Part shown: one piece after another, positions 12,188-23,986 of the stretch
How the letters are laid out: each line of letters begins with the position of its first letter
Position numbering within the stretch: position 1 is the first letter of the stretch
Source: Cirrosporium novae-zelandiae
Lineage: Eukaryota
Length of the DNA stretch: 64,000 nucleotides
Assembly (NCBI GenBank): GCA_026023565.1
Contig: JAPETS010000003.1
Coordinates: 496,001 to 560,000 of the forward strand
Direction: 5' to 3'
The notes under the pieces: model-generated
What the model was told of the DNA's origin: nothing
What the model saw: the letters and a program-made list of their open reading frames with translations, nothing else
Database searches by the model: none
Translations under genes and position numbers: made by a program

Positions 12188-12969
12188 ATGCATTTCCTCG
12201 TGCTAGGTGGCACTGGTAATGCGCTCCCCGTCCAATGTTCATATCACCTAAAATAGAGAGCTAATTCATTGACTTCAAGGGGCGATCGGCAACATATTCT
12301 GCTATAGAGCATTGGATCAAGGCCACAAGCTCACTCTACTTGCACGCAATCCTAGTAAGCTTTCAGCAGATCTGCACAATCATAGATCCGTGGAGGTTAT
12401 ACAAGGGGGAATGAACGATCGAGTAGCTTTGGAACGAGCCTCTCGATGCGGAGCAGATACATTTGTTTCTTTTGCAGGTCCAGCAGGCGATGCCAATGGC
12501 ATGGTTAGTCTCCATTCTGTCCCAAAATGAGGAACATCCAGATACGAGATATTCAAAAGCCTCTTGCAGATGGCTTAAAGGAATTGCTCCCTATACTCCT
12601 TGATCACGGGATCAGAAGAGCTCTTGTTCTTTCAACACCGTCCTACCCTACCGGGTCGGATTCGCCTACTCTACTTTGGGGTTTGGCAGATTTTATATGA
12701 GGTCGTTCCACTCTGGGGAATACTCTGAAATGCTTGGAGTGGGCAAGAATTTTTTAGAGCAACCGGTTGAAGAACTACAATAGACAGTTTTCAGAGTAGG
12801 CAGGCTTCTTGATGGTCCTGAGACCCCAGTTCAAGCTACATTCCTAGGTGGTGAAAATTCTACATTGTCAATCAGTCGAGCGAGTGTGGCGGGTTGGGTC
12901 TTGCAGAAAATATTAGAGAATAAATGGATTGGGAAAGTACCGTATATCTGTAACAAAGGAGAAAATTAA
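12188..12969 (+). pseudogene. NAD(P)-binding Rossmann-fold protein (NmrA / flavin-reductase-like), disrupted
   Basis: MHFLVLGGTG|AIG...LDQGHKLTLLARNPSKL; in-frame TAG at 12781 where the W of WTVFRVG is expected; SISRASVAGWVL..WIGKVPYI C-terminus. Confidence 0.75.
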
Positions 12970-13233
12970 GACGACTTCGTATCATCATTAATAAATTTAT
13001 GTGAGGAAATTTTAAATTGAATTTGTGGATACTATGGGTTATTTCGTTTGATACCGTAGTATAGACTAACAGATTGCCAAGTAATTACTACTTTAATTAT
13101 TCTGCCCGAAAGTAAAAATCCTATATCATTATCAAAGAATATCCAATCGAACCACAACCGATTGGAGTTGACAGAATAACCGGTGAAATAACTCTCCGTT
13201 TTTTGCAGTAGCTGGAAATTCGAATCATCTTAG

Positions 13234-15630
13234 TTAGACTTGCTGATCATTGTGGTACCGGGCTAAGTTTTTCCAAAACTTTGGAAATAATTTGTCCTGT
13301 TTCCGTTGTGGCAAGTCCACACCTTGTCCTGCTGATGAATCCCTGCTATCCCCTTGCGAACGGTTATCGAACAGCGAGTTGAAAGAATCCCAGACCTCGT
13401 TGATGAAAAATTCCAGAGCAATTAATGGCAGAGAAGTAGCAACCGTGATCCCCACTAGAGAAATAGTTAGCACTAAAGAACAGTGATTTATGAGGCAGAT
13501 TTTCCTACATATCCTTGATAGTATCCACTCCTGATGATAAGTAGGAATTCCCGATTCGTGAGGGAAGTTTGTTATATGTAGCGCGAAGAACGAGGTCAAG
13601 AAGGACATCGGTAGCTGACTATAGTTAGTTCGGCATATGGGGATGTTTGTACATGGGCGAAACAGTCGGCTCACAAATATAACGGTGACAACGGTGAACA
13701 CGAAAATCGTTCTACCTTGCTTTGTCGTGTCTTCTGATGATTTGCGCGCCTATACAGCTTTAGAGAGATTGGCGTCTTTCTGTCTCAAGTCTAGGAGATG
13801 GTTGATCTGAAGTACTTGCCTGTGAGACAATCGTCATGAGGCTTGAATTCTAGGAGGGAACCACGTTGTTGTAGGTATTATTCGCATCTTTGAACATCTT
13901 CGAGATTTCCCGGATACTTGTATCAAAGCAACACATTTTACGATAATAGCTCACGAAAGTTCCCCTTTTCATCATTCTTTTCAGATATACCGGTTCGTCA
14001 GACGGGTCTAGCCAACCACAGGTTCGCTCAAAGACCTCCATCTGCTCCTCGACAATTATTTTGATCATATTCAGCTCATCTAGGATGTCTTTTATCTCTC
14101 CCAGGAGCTCAATCTCGCTGTAGATATTTCGAGTTTCTTGCTTGATTTCATTTTCCTCCCTCAACCTTACCTTCTTTTCTCTCCAGCTCTCCCCTATGGG
14201 GTTATGTTTAAGACAATGAAGGGAATGGACCAGACCGACCAGACTAAGGGGCTCGGTCTGGTCGGTCTATAGACCGTCGGTCACATGATATCACGTAATA
14301 CAGTCACATGACAAAGGCCGCGCGGAGCGCGGAACAAAATTTCACATCTCCGAATCACAACATCTTATCTTATCTCCACGTGATATCACGTGGAGATAAG
14401 ATCATTACTAATCTCTACGAAATAAAAATATACCAAATATCTACCTAAATACTTCAGTAATATACTATATATATACATATATACACGTGATAGACCAAAA
14501 TCGACCTTGGGCAGTCAAGGTCTGGTCGGTCTGGTCGGTCTGGTCGGTCGGGGTCAGACCGTCTATTTGGTCTGGTCCATTCCCTTCACTGGTTTAAGAA
14601 GATTATTTGTCAGCACATTGCTTTTCTCCCTTTCCGGTTCACTATTGTCCCTCTTGATTTTGTTCCTAAGCTTTCTGAAACATTCTATTTTTTTATGTAT
14701 CCAGTGTATATTAGCTTTAAATCCGAGTAAAAATGTAGCTGTCAGTGGATAAATTCCGGACTTACTACAGTTCCTATGGAAGCAGCGAATATATGGAATA
14801 GTCGTTCCTTGTGTTTGCCAATTTCAGTCTTCAGAAAATAGTTCATACAAAGACTTATGACAAGTACGACCATCTCATACACGGACGAAATTTGGGGTCT
14901 CTTTTCTTTGTCAAGGACTATCTAGCCTCGGATGTGTTGTTGCAACGCCTTGTCATCCTCACTCCATCGTCGCGGAAAGCTCGTAATGATTGTTCCTTGC
15001 TAGATTTACTATTGTCCACCACCTGACATGGAAGATTTAGGATATGCACGGTCGTCAACTACACAAAGCCAAAGTTGGTCGACCATACAGATTAGATAAC
15101 TGTCTAGGTCTACCTGCTTTACAACATCCCTCTGATATCGGTAAACAACTTGATCTCTATCGCGAGTATCAGTATCGGGCAGTGAGTAATAGTAAAATTG
15201 ATCTAGAGTTCGGGGGAGGTGGAACTCTCGTCCCTGTTCGGGATCTGGCTCGTATTTGAGATAGGTTGAAATCACTCTTTCATCCCAGGTGCTCGTGGGC
15301 GTTTTATTTCGGTTAGGCCAACCTCTATCTCTCGTTGTATCTCGCTGCTCGTCTGCGGCTCGTTTAACTTTAACGTCAGCAACAACTCTCTTCAAATTTC
15401 CTTATTCTTTAATCGTCTCGAAAGTAAGGTAAGGTATCTATTCTCGCGTTTAGAGGGAGCCTCTTGAAATTTTATCGATATCCAACCTACAGAAAGAGCA
15501 ATTCTGTTTCTATCGAGACTCCAATCTCTCCCCATCCGGCTCTTTTCCATGGAATACTGTGTTGCTTTTGCTGTTATTATCTTTGATACCGTCTTGTTTA
15601 ATAAAGTGATAGTATCATCTATATATGTAT
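13234..15630 (-). pseudogene. CorA-like membrane-domain protein remnant (ankyrin/CorA fungal family), interrupted by a MITE
   Basis: HLPRTLDQFYYYSL.DT..RDRDQVV, MVDQLWL, EIELLGEIKDILDELNMI, KQGRTIFVFTVVTVIF.LPMSFLTSFFAL motifs; nonsense codon near 13750; insertion at 14214-14591; 5' limit uncertain. Confidence 0.75.
14214..14591. mobile_element. Non-autonomous TIR element (MITE), hAT-like
   Basis: 23-bp TIRs CAATGAAGGGAATGGACCAGACC / GGTCTGGTCCATTCCCTTCACTG (1 mismatch); perfect 8-bp TSD GTTTAAGA at 14206-14213 and 14592-14599; subterminal CAGACCGAC/GTCGGTCTG repeats; 378 bp, non-coding. Confidence 0.93.
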
Positions 15631-16222
15631 GCAATGTGCAAACCGAGCAAACAGCCTAACCGTTTACAGTTAGAGTTAAATATATAAGGAAGTGACAAGC
15701 AACAAGAAAGGGCTCTTAAACCCATAATCCGTACCAGAAATACAAATAAAATATAATCTTCAAGTGCTTTCTTTTTATTGCTATGAACGCCAATGTACTG
15801 TAGTACATGTACGTCATTTACAGATTCTATAGATAGGTAAGCTCGTACCTTAAAGTCTACTAAGCAAACAACAAGCATTAATTACCACACTAGTTATATC
15901 TAGATTTGGGCTTTATAAGAGCTATCTCCTAGCTCCTGTAATAGTTTGTTTGATAGTAGTGTAATATGGAGACTAATTGAGATAGATAAATATCGTTTCG
16001 CCATCCAATCGATTTGTGATTATCTGGGCTAGGTAACTAATTTGGCTGTGACGAATCGGCCTATAAGGGTACCTGCCACTAAGGCAATTACATTAAATAC
16101 TCGAGTAGCAATAATTGTAAGTTAGTTCAATCTATTTAGCCCAGCGCAAAACACCAACTAAGACAAGGTCCTCAACAGGTGGGGCACAGGGATCCCCCCA
16201 CTTTTATATAAATATGTGGGGT

Positions 16223-16363
16223 AAATCTGCTCAAACTTGCTCAGATTTTTTTGGAATGTAACCCCGTTGCTGGAATAGCGCTTCCTGCTTCTCTTACATC
16301 CCACAATGCCTTTTGGGAGTAGGAGAGATCCAATAATAATTCTTGAGATTGTTAATATGCTCA
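16223..16363 (+). promoter_or_regulatory. Putative copper-responsive (Mac1-type) TGCTCA elements upstream of the metalloreductase
   Basis: TGCTCA at 16228, 16238 and 16358; the first two are bracketed by AAATCTG/CAGATTT. Confidence 0.4.
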
Positions 16364-16621
16364 GTGTAATACGATATTGTGGATGGGAATAACCATTTAA
16401 AATATCTATAATAATTAGTATGTGTGGGGAACCATCAACATCATTTTCGGCGCATACGTATATACATCCTTGGTGGTACCCTTCGTTCCCATCAGTCCTG
16501 TGCTAATTGAATCTACCTATCCTACTTAATTGTTGGATCTGGTCGTTGTGCTTTGTTGACTGCTCCGGGAGTATCAAACCAAATCACCGAATTTCTGACC
16601 ACTATCTTCGTACAACCAAGA

Positions 16622-18969
16622 ATGGGTGCACCATGGCTCGACCAGCCGGTCATGCTACATTCTTCCCGGGAGGATACCTGCAAGCTGACCCCTGAGCAAT
16701 GTGCTTTCCGTGGGCAGCATTGGTTATACTGGTGAGTGCAACCAACATCACAGATGAACAGGACGAAAAAATATGTTTGCATGAGAAGAATGCTTTTCTG
16801 ACCAAGGATATGAGGAGGAGGAGAAAACAGGTATCAAGCAGATCACACATATGCCCTCACAACAGTGTATTTTTTTATCGCTGCCGTGGCCCTCTTCACG
16901 ATCGGTAACCTATCGTTAAAATGCCGACCGCAGTCCTTCTCTAGGAGTAGGCTTTGGCAGCGAGGGGTCGCCATGTTCCGATTTTTATCCTACCGATGCT
17001 TTCAAGTCCAGTTGATTGGCTGGAAATCGCCTGCCCTGGGGGTTATTTTGCTGGGGCTCGCCGGATCAGTCTTCTTCCTAGGTAAATGATGAGGGTCTAG
17101 CAGTATCCTGTCCCATCGCTGCCAAATTTATATCAGGATACTGATAATATCGTCCAGGCCTAACACTTGGCCCAAGGCCGTACTACTGGCCAAATACAGA
17201 GACAGTCTCATTTGGGGGTTCGCCGCCCATTGCAACACGAACAGGCTTTATGGCTTTGGCCTGTGTTCCATTTATTCTGTAAGCGGGTCTTAATCGATCT
17301 CGGAATAGACTAATCTGATCATCTGTACAGTGCGTTGGCCACCAAGGCCAACATGATAACCGTGGTGACAAGCGTATCTCATGAGAAACTTCAGGTATGT
17401 ATCGGCTGAGATCTTAAGGAAGCTGAGCGACTGACAACCACAATGCAAGGTTTTCCACCGTTGGGTTGCCTGGGCAATGTTTGTTCTGGCTCTGGTTCAC
17501 ACATTCCCATTCATCGTAAATGACGTTTCGAACGGTAATATGATGGAGCAGTGGAGGGCGTCTATTGTATATTGGACAGGAGTTATAGCATTGCTTGCCC
17601 AAGCCTACCTCACTTTTATGTCTATCGGGCCCTTACGGTGAGTGAAATATGTACCTGCAAGAAATTTAGCTCTAGGGTACCTAACGTTTAATAGGAATTA
17701 CTACTACGAGTTCTTTAAATCGACACATTATCTTGCTGTTGTTGTTTTCATGGTCTTTCTCTTTCTCCACTGCGATTTTCGTTTGTCGTCCTGGTAATTA
17801 ATTTCTATAATCCCAATTTTATCCACCTGATTCTAATTTCGCTTCTACTATAGGGACTATTTTATTGCCGCTGGGATTATATATACGCTCTGTTTCCTGT
17901 ATTCTCAGCTACGCACATTCTTCGAATATGGTCTCTCACACCATGCCAATCTATCCTTCGTCTCGAACGATCTTCTTCGAGTCGTCGTCCCGGCCGAGTT
18001 TTCCTGGGCCCCTGGTCAGCACATCTTCATCCGCTTTATCACGCTCGGCATCCATTCCTTGACTAGCCACCCTTTCACAATCTGCTCCCTACCGCGTTCA
18101 TCTCCCCAAACCCTAAATTCAGAGCTGGTATTTTATATCAAAACCCGTAGCGGGTTGACATCGCGCCTCGGGCATCTGGCGCTCAAACAGCCCAATATCT
18201 CTATACAGGTACTCCTGGATGGCCCTTATGGCGGCATGGATACCACGCTCAGCAAATTTGACAAGGCACTTATCATCGCCGGAGGCTCAGGAGCCGGCTT
18301 CACGCTGCCGCTGATTGAAGATCTGCTCCGACATCTTAGCTTCCGGAATGCCAAGCAGACGCCATCGGACGACAAACAAGCATCCAAGGGCCCGCAAACG
18401 GAGATACAAGTCGTGCTTTCGACACGCGATCGCAAGACTCAGGAATGGTACTCTAAAGCTCTTAACGAACTCCTCTCATTCTACGCTTTGCCTACTACGG
18501 CGTCTGACGCTCTTCATGTCGCCATTCACTTCACTGGTGCAGCAGTAGCACCATCGCCTCTATATCAGCCCGCTCTACTAAATGAACTAGGCCCATCATC
18601 TATCGAGAGTGGTGGAAAGGAAATCTCCAAGCTCTCCGACACTTCAACCTCATCATTACCCATTGCAATCTCCACCTTCACCGCTCGCCCTAATCTACCA
18701 AGCATCATCCAAATAGTAACATCATCGACAGTAGGAGCTTCAGTCGGCATTGCTGTATGTGGTCCTGCAAGCATGTTGCATGATGTCCAAAATGCGGCTG
18801 CGGAGGCACAGGCAAAGATTCTGCGTGGTGGTGATAATACTGGTGCGAGAGAGGTTTATCTTTATACGGAGCATTTTTCGTAAGTTCAATTTTATCATTT
18901 TATTTTTTGTTTTCGATCTACGCTCTATTACTGTTACAAATAATAACTTAAAAATATAATAGGTGGTGA
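16622..18969 (+). CDS. Ferric/cupric reductase transmembrane component (FRE family), multi-exon
   Basis: MGAPWLDQPVMLHSSR N-terminus, VFHRWVAW..LVHTFPF and YEFFKSTH..FLHC heme-ligand histidines, W.PGQH.F.RF, HPFTICS, DGPYGG, IAGGSGAGF, VCGP, terminal EHFS|W*. Confidence 0.92.
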
Positions 18970-19766
18970 TAATTTATTATGGCCTATGATAAATGGGATT
19001 AAGGTTGGTTTTGGTCATTCCTTGACTTTTTTTCTTGTCTCTTCGATAAGGCCAATTCTTTAGCCTCGATTGTTTACTAATAGTTCCCACGGTTTGAAGT
19101 TACCGTCCCTCAAGCTTATTCTTGCTGGCTTTTATTTTAATCAGATCCTCCCCACCTCCCCACTCTTTATATCCTTATTAGTTAGATAGATAGTTAGAGG
19201 CCACGAAGGAATACCCATTTGTACCGCTGAAACTTCAAGACTTTTTCCACTAACCTGCACCAGAATATAATCCTTTGATTCGTCTGCTAGTAAAATCTTT
19301 CTTCATTTGCGAATATCTAGATACCATTGATTCTTTGTAAGACTTGGTTGTACAACAGACAGAAGAATACTGTGCTAAAGAAAAAAAGGACGTAAGGATG
19401 ATATTCTTCTTACTCTGGTTGTTATATATGGTATCCTCGTGGGAGTTCATTAAGTTTGCTTCCTCTCCGTTCCATTTCAAGGAACAGGAGAGTGCATATT
19501 CAGTTTAAACAATAAATAATGATATCACAAATAGCTATAGCCACAATATAAGAAAAAAAAAGGATATTAAGTTCCACCCTCCTTCTTTTTCCACAACCTC
19601 CAAAATCAAAGCTAGCTCTAGTAAACTCAATCAATCGAACTAAAAAAAAAAAACGCTAGTACATTCGTCCCACCTCCCCCACCATCATCTTGCTGCTCCT
19701 CCTCCACCCGCTCTCTCTTTCTTTACGGAGTGGATTTGACGAAACATGATCTGAAATAACTATGAC

Positions 19767-20543
19767 TCAATGTTGGGTAACTCCTGAATATCGACCAAAG
19801 ATAAGACTACCCAAGAAAGTTCCGCCCAGGATGGACATGAAATAGCCCACATTCATCGTCATAACGGCAATCATACTAGGTAAAAAGAGGAGAATTTGTA
19901 AATGTTATTTTTAGTTGTGCGAAATTATGAGTGTCAGGAGTGGTTAGGTTAGGGGTAGAATTTATGATATATATATATAGTAGGAAGAGTAATGGGGTTG
20001 GAGATGAAGAGAAAGGGAGAGAGAAACTCACAGCAAATAACTCATACCCACAAGCACCATATCGAGTAACGCTCTCGACCCATCCACATTGATCCTCCAT
20101 GGTGTGGACGACCACCATTTATCTTCTCGTCCCGACATGCTGTTGACTGCCGCGAAGCCACCCTTCCCCCTATCCTCTCCACTACCATCATCAGCCTCCT
20201 CCATATTGCGAGCAACGTACCGAGATGCGCCGCCCATCCCCACCCAGTACGCCTCCAGCAGCCCCCGCAAACCCAACAGCCCACGAAACACAACGGCTAG
20301 AACTATCAGGAAGATGCAAGTTCCAGCATACTTACCGGCATTGTCGGGGGCCCAAGCATTTGAGTAGAGAGGGGTGACGGTGGAGGTGAAGAAGGTCATT
20401 GTCATGTCTGACATGCTCATCATGTCCATATCCATTGAGGAGGAGGAGACTGAAGAAGTTGAGGCGCTGCTGGGCGATACGGTGGACATTGACATTGTCA
20501 TTGTTGCCATAGAAGGCACAGTTGTGGGAGTCGACATAGTCAT
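19767..20543 (-). CDS. Ctr-family high-affinity copper transporter (2 exons)
   Basis: Met-rich N-terminus (MDMDMMSMSDMTMTFF), TPLYSNAW.P...YAGTCIFLI, spliced YLLMIAVMTMNVGYF (MxxxM) and GTFLG (GxxxG); stop at 19767-19769. Confidence 0.92.
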
Positions 20544-21767
20544 AGATATTTTATTGTTGATAAGAGGAGAATTTTTTTGTTCTTTTTTTTCCTTGCTGCT
20601 AGAGGTTGCTAGAATGTAGGAGATAATAACTGAACCTCCTACCAATAAGAGGTTATAACTGGTAGAACAACAACGTAATAATTCTTATACGCTTCAGACA
20701 CAATAAACAAGTAAAAAATTATGCTCTAAAAGCATTCGTTATTATTAATCCAGCAACGAGAGAGATACACACATACAAGAAAGCCCTGATCTTAATCTCC
20801 CGTCAATTTTCAAGAAAGGTTTCCGTACATCAATCAGCTTTGACAAATCCTGAATAACTACAACACTCCAGGATTGCGCAAGGATCAATAACACTATTGA
20901 AGGAGCTTGCAAACATTTCTGAGACACGTGTAGGGGCCTCACTACCCTTGTATAAAAAAATAAAATGGATCTTGATTCCATTCTCCGCGGATCTTGTCCC
21001 TCTAACCCTTACCGTGTGCTACGGGTTTGCCGGATGCTACCTGTAGCTTCCCCCCGAAACACAGTAATTCACTAATTAAGTAGTCCCTCGGCCTCTTCCG
21101 AACGATGATATGGCCCCCACCTATATCCACGGGCCACGGCATATATCATCGGACAGACAGATTTTTCCTTTAGTCTTTTCCACCTCCAAGAATTTCATCA
21201 TAATATTAAGCAAGAGATGAACGGACTGAAGAGTAACAAATAAACTCGGAAACGTAGAAGGAAACATAAATCCAAATTTTTTGGCTGGGTCAAAACACTT
21301 TGAAAGCTGAGTTTGGTACATCTGAAAATAAAACTGTGGGGAAAGCAAGATATAAAAGTTGAAAATTTCAATAGGGTCGGAGAATCGGCACACTGAGCTC
21401 AGGGATGTTAGCCAGTCACATAGTAAAAAAAAAAATGGGGATATCTTTCTTTGGTGGATTAATAAAATAGAATATCTAATCGGTTGGCAGATGTAACAAA
21501 AAAAATAATAGATAGTCGTCACCACACTATATTCGTAACTGGATTTGAAGGGGATATCATTGGGTCAATTCTGCCATCTCTTGGCCATAAAAGGGACGTT
21601 TCGTTAACTTGCTCAACTCTTTTTCATTTTCCTACCCCATAGTATCCTAAACTATCAAATCAACCACAGCAAAAAAAAATAAACTTATATTACGCACCTC
21701 AATTGGAAAAAAGCCAAGACAACCCTTCCTTGAACCTTTCTACACTTACTAAAAAAGCCAATCGAAA

Positions 21768-22041
21768 ATGGGTAGGCTTCCCCACGTCCCTGATCTCCAC
21801 CACGTTTCTCGCGTTCCTATTAGACACGCATGATTTCTTTCCCCCCCTCAATAATACTTGAATTCTGATATCGTATAATTCTCCAGGTCCTTGCAACTGC
21901 ACCTCAGGTTCCTCTTGCCAGTGCCCCACCGGCCAGTGCACCTGCGGCAACGTACGTCTTTCTTCACTTCTCTATCTCCCTGTTCTACCTACCCCATCTC
22001 CATGAAATATTTCTAAACCGTCCATCACCAAACAGAAATAA
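21768..22041 (+). CDS. Copper metallothionein, 24 aa, three exons (MGPCNCTSGSSCQCPTGQCTCGNK)
   Basis: Exons 21768-21771, 21887-21951, 22036-22041 with GTAGGC..CAG and GTACGT..CAG introns; three CxC motifs; resembles Neurospora-type Cu-thionein; absent from the ORF track. Confidence 0.88.
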
Positions 22042-23279
22042 GACCATGACGCCTAAACAACGGCTTTCCTGCCGCCTTTGATCCTGATATGTGGTATACG
22101 AATGATTCGCTTTCGCAATCGTTGGGATCTTGAAACCTGTTGATATTTTGTGAAGGGGAGAAGAAGAAATTGATTGATGTATCTACAGTACACCACCCAA
22201 AATGCTTGTTTGTTTTTGGTTTTTGTGTTCTTTGAAAGTCACTCCTTTGGCTTAACGAAGAATATCTTCTAGCCACCTCTCGTACGTATAGCAAAAGAAG
22301 AATATGAAAACGTTAATATGAACAAATAAGAATAAAAGTAAATGAATTGAATTTTTGTTACGGTCATTGTCGTTGGTTATGACGATGCCAAGTATCTTCG
22401 GAATCAAGACAATTGGATTCAAGTTGTAGGACTATTATGATATCATTTTATAGCTCTCGGTCAGGTCGGTCTCCGACATGGGAGGCTCGTATTCACTGTT
22501 TGATCCCAAATGAAATGGCCCAAACTAAACTGACTTAGAGTGTCACAGCTGTAGGTAGCCAGGATATATATCCTAAAACTGGGTATTCACTTCTTAAGCG
22601 GATACTCCACGTCCTTTTTGGCTTAATTAAGCTGGAGTTGTTAGTTTGCTTGCTTAAGTAGTGTACAGTAGCAGAGCAAACATGCATTTTCAGCATAGGA
22701 CTAAAGGGATAGACTAAACCGAACGCAATACCGAAAAATACAGTAGAAGTAAGATTTTTTGATAGGAAGATTTCTCTAACAATTTTCTAACAGAAAATAA
22801 TAACTAAAACATTAAAAAAAAAAAAAAAAATATATTATCTAGCTACCCAGAGAAACTTATCATTGGACCCCAGTTGTAGGAGCCCTCGCTTAGCATCCTA
22901 ATAGGAGCACCGACATCAATGAAGCTAATTAGTCGACCCATAGACCAGACCATCGGGTCACCCTAAATATTATATATTGTCACCACTAAACCGCCAGTGC
23001 TATGAAGCCGTCTCTTGGTTTAACCCTGAATTAAGATGGTCGCTTTTCTAGCGACAGGAATGCCTTAAACGAGGCGGCAAATGAATGGGTAGAGTTCCTA
23101 CATCTTGACGTAGCTTGTGCACCACCACCTTATAGCGAGAGGCCTCACTGTTAAGTTTTGTAATCAAGCAACAACGATAAAATATATGATTTTTTCTCTT
23201 AAGCAATGAGCACAGACCTCATAAATGTAAAACAAAATATTAAAAATAACAATTATTTAATTAATTGAAATTAAATATC

Positions 23280-23571
23280 ATCTCCTAAACTTGCTTCCAA
23301 TGTCGCACGCTTGGAGGGGTGTCATGTAAGGATTATAATAGGTCGGATAACCATTTTGAGGCAGAGTCAGGCATCAAGATCCCCCTGCAAGCGTGCGACA
23401 TTAGAAGCCAGTTCAGGAGATACTCGAGTAGATAGAAAGCTAAAGGTAGGGGAGCTGAGAGCAATGTGGGGCAACTTGTGGATAACCCATGCATATATTA
23501 CGCCCCAGTTGTAGACCAGTTCTCTTGTCACACGTAGTCTACGCCTCCACAACTGCGACCGCAGCCTTACA
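23280..23571 (+). mobile_element. LTR retrotransposon relic: polypurine-tract region plus 247-bp LTR (23325-23571)
   Basis: TGTAAGG...CCTTACA inverted termini; GGAGGGG purine tract just upstream; no TSD; related 3' end again at ~34800-34877. Confidence 0.7.
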
Positions 23572-23986
23572 ATTAAGGGGTGCGTATAACCAAGAGAAGT
23601 CAGATTATTACGGCCTGTACGATATATGTGTATATCACCTCCCCATTTGAATTACTGCACTGGGGCCCCTATCGTGTAGCATATTTTAGTGGCTTAAGGG
23701 ATTCGTTACGTGTCTTTATATAATTGCAAAGGGCGCATACACTCAGTTTTGTAAGTCTTCACTGCACGAGCTCACGATTTCCCACGACGAGCGCCCTTTT
23801 AAGCTTTCACTCGAATGATTGGTTGAACGATATCTACACACCTGAACCTGGCGAAACCAGCATCACCCAAGTACTTGTGTGGTATCGCCCTCTTTTCCCT
23901 TTTTTTTTTTAGTTAGCCGCCACTAGTTTGTACTCCAGATGTAAACGCTTCAGGATAATTTATTTGGCTCCGTTGACATAATGCAG

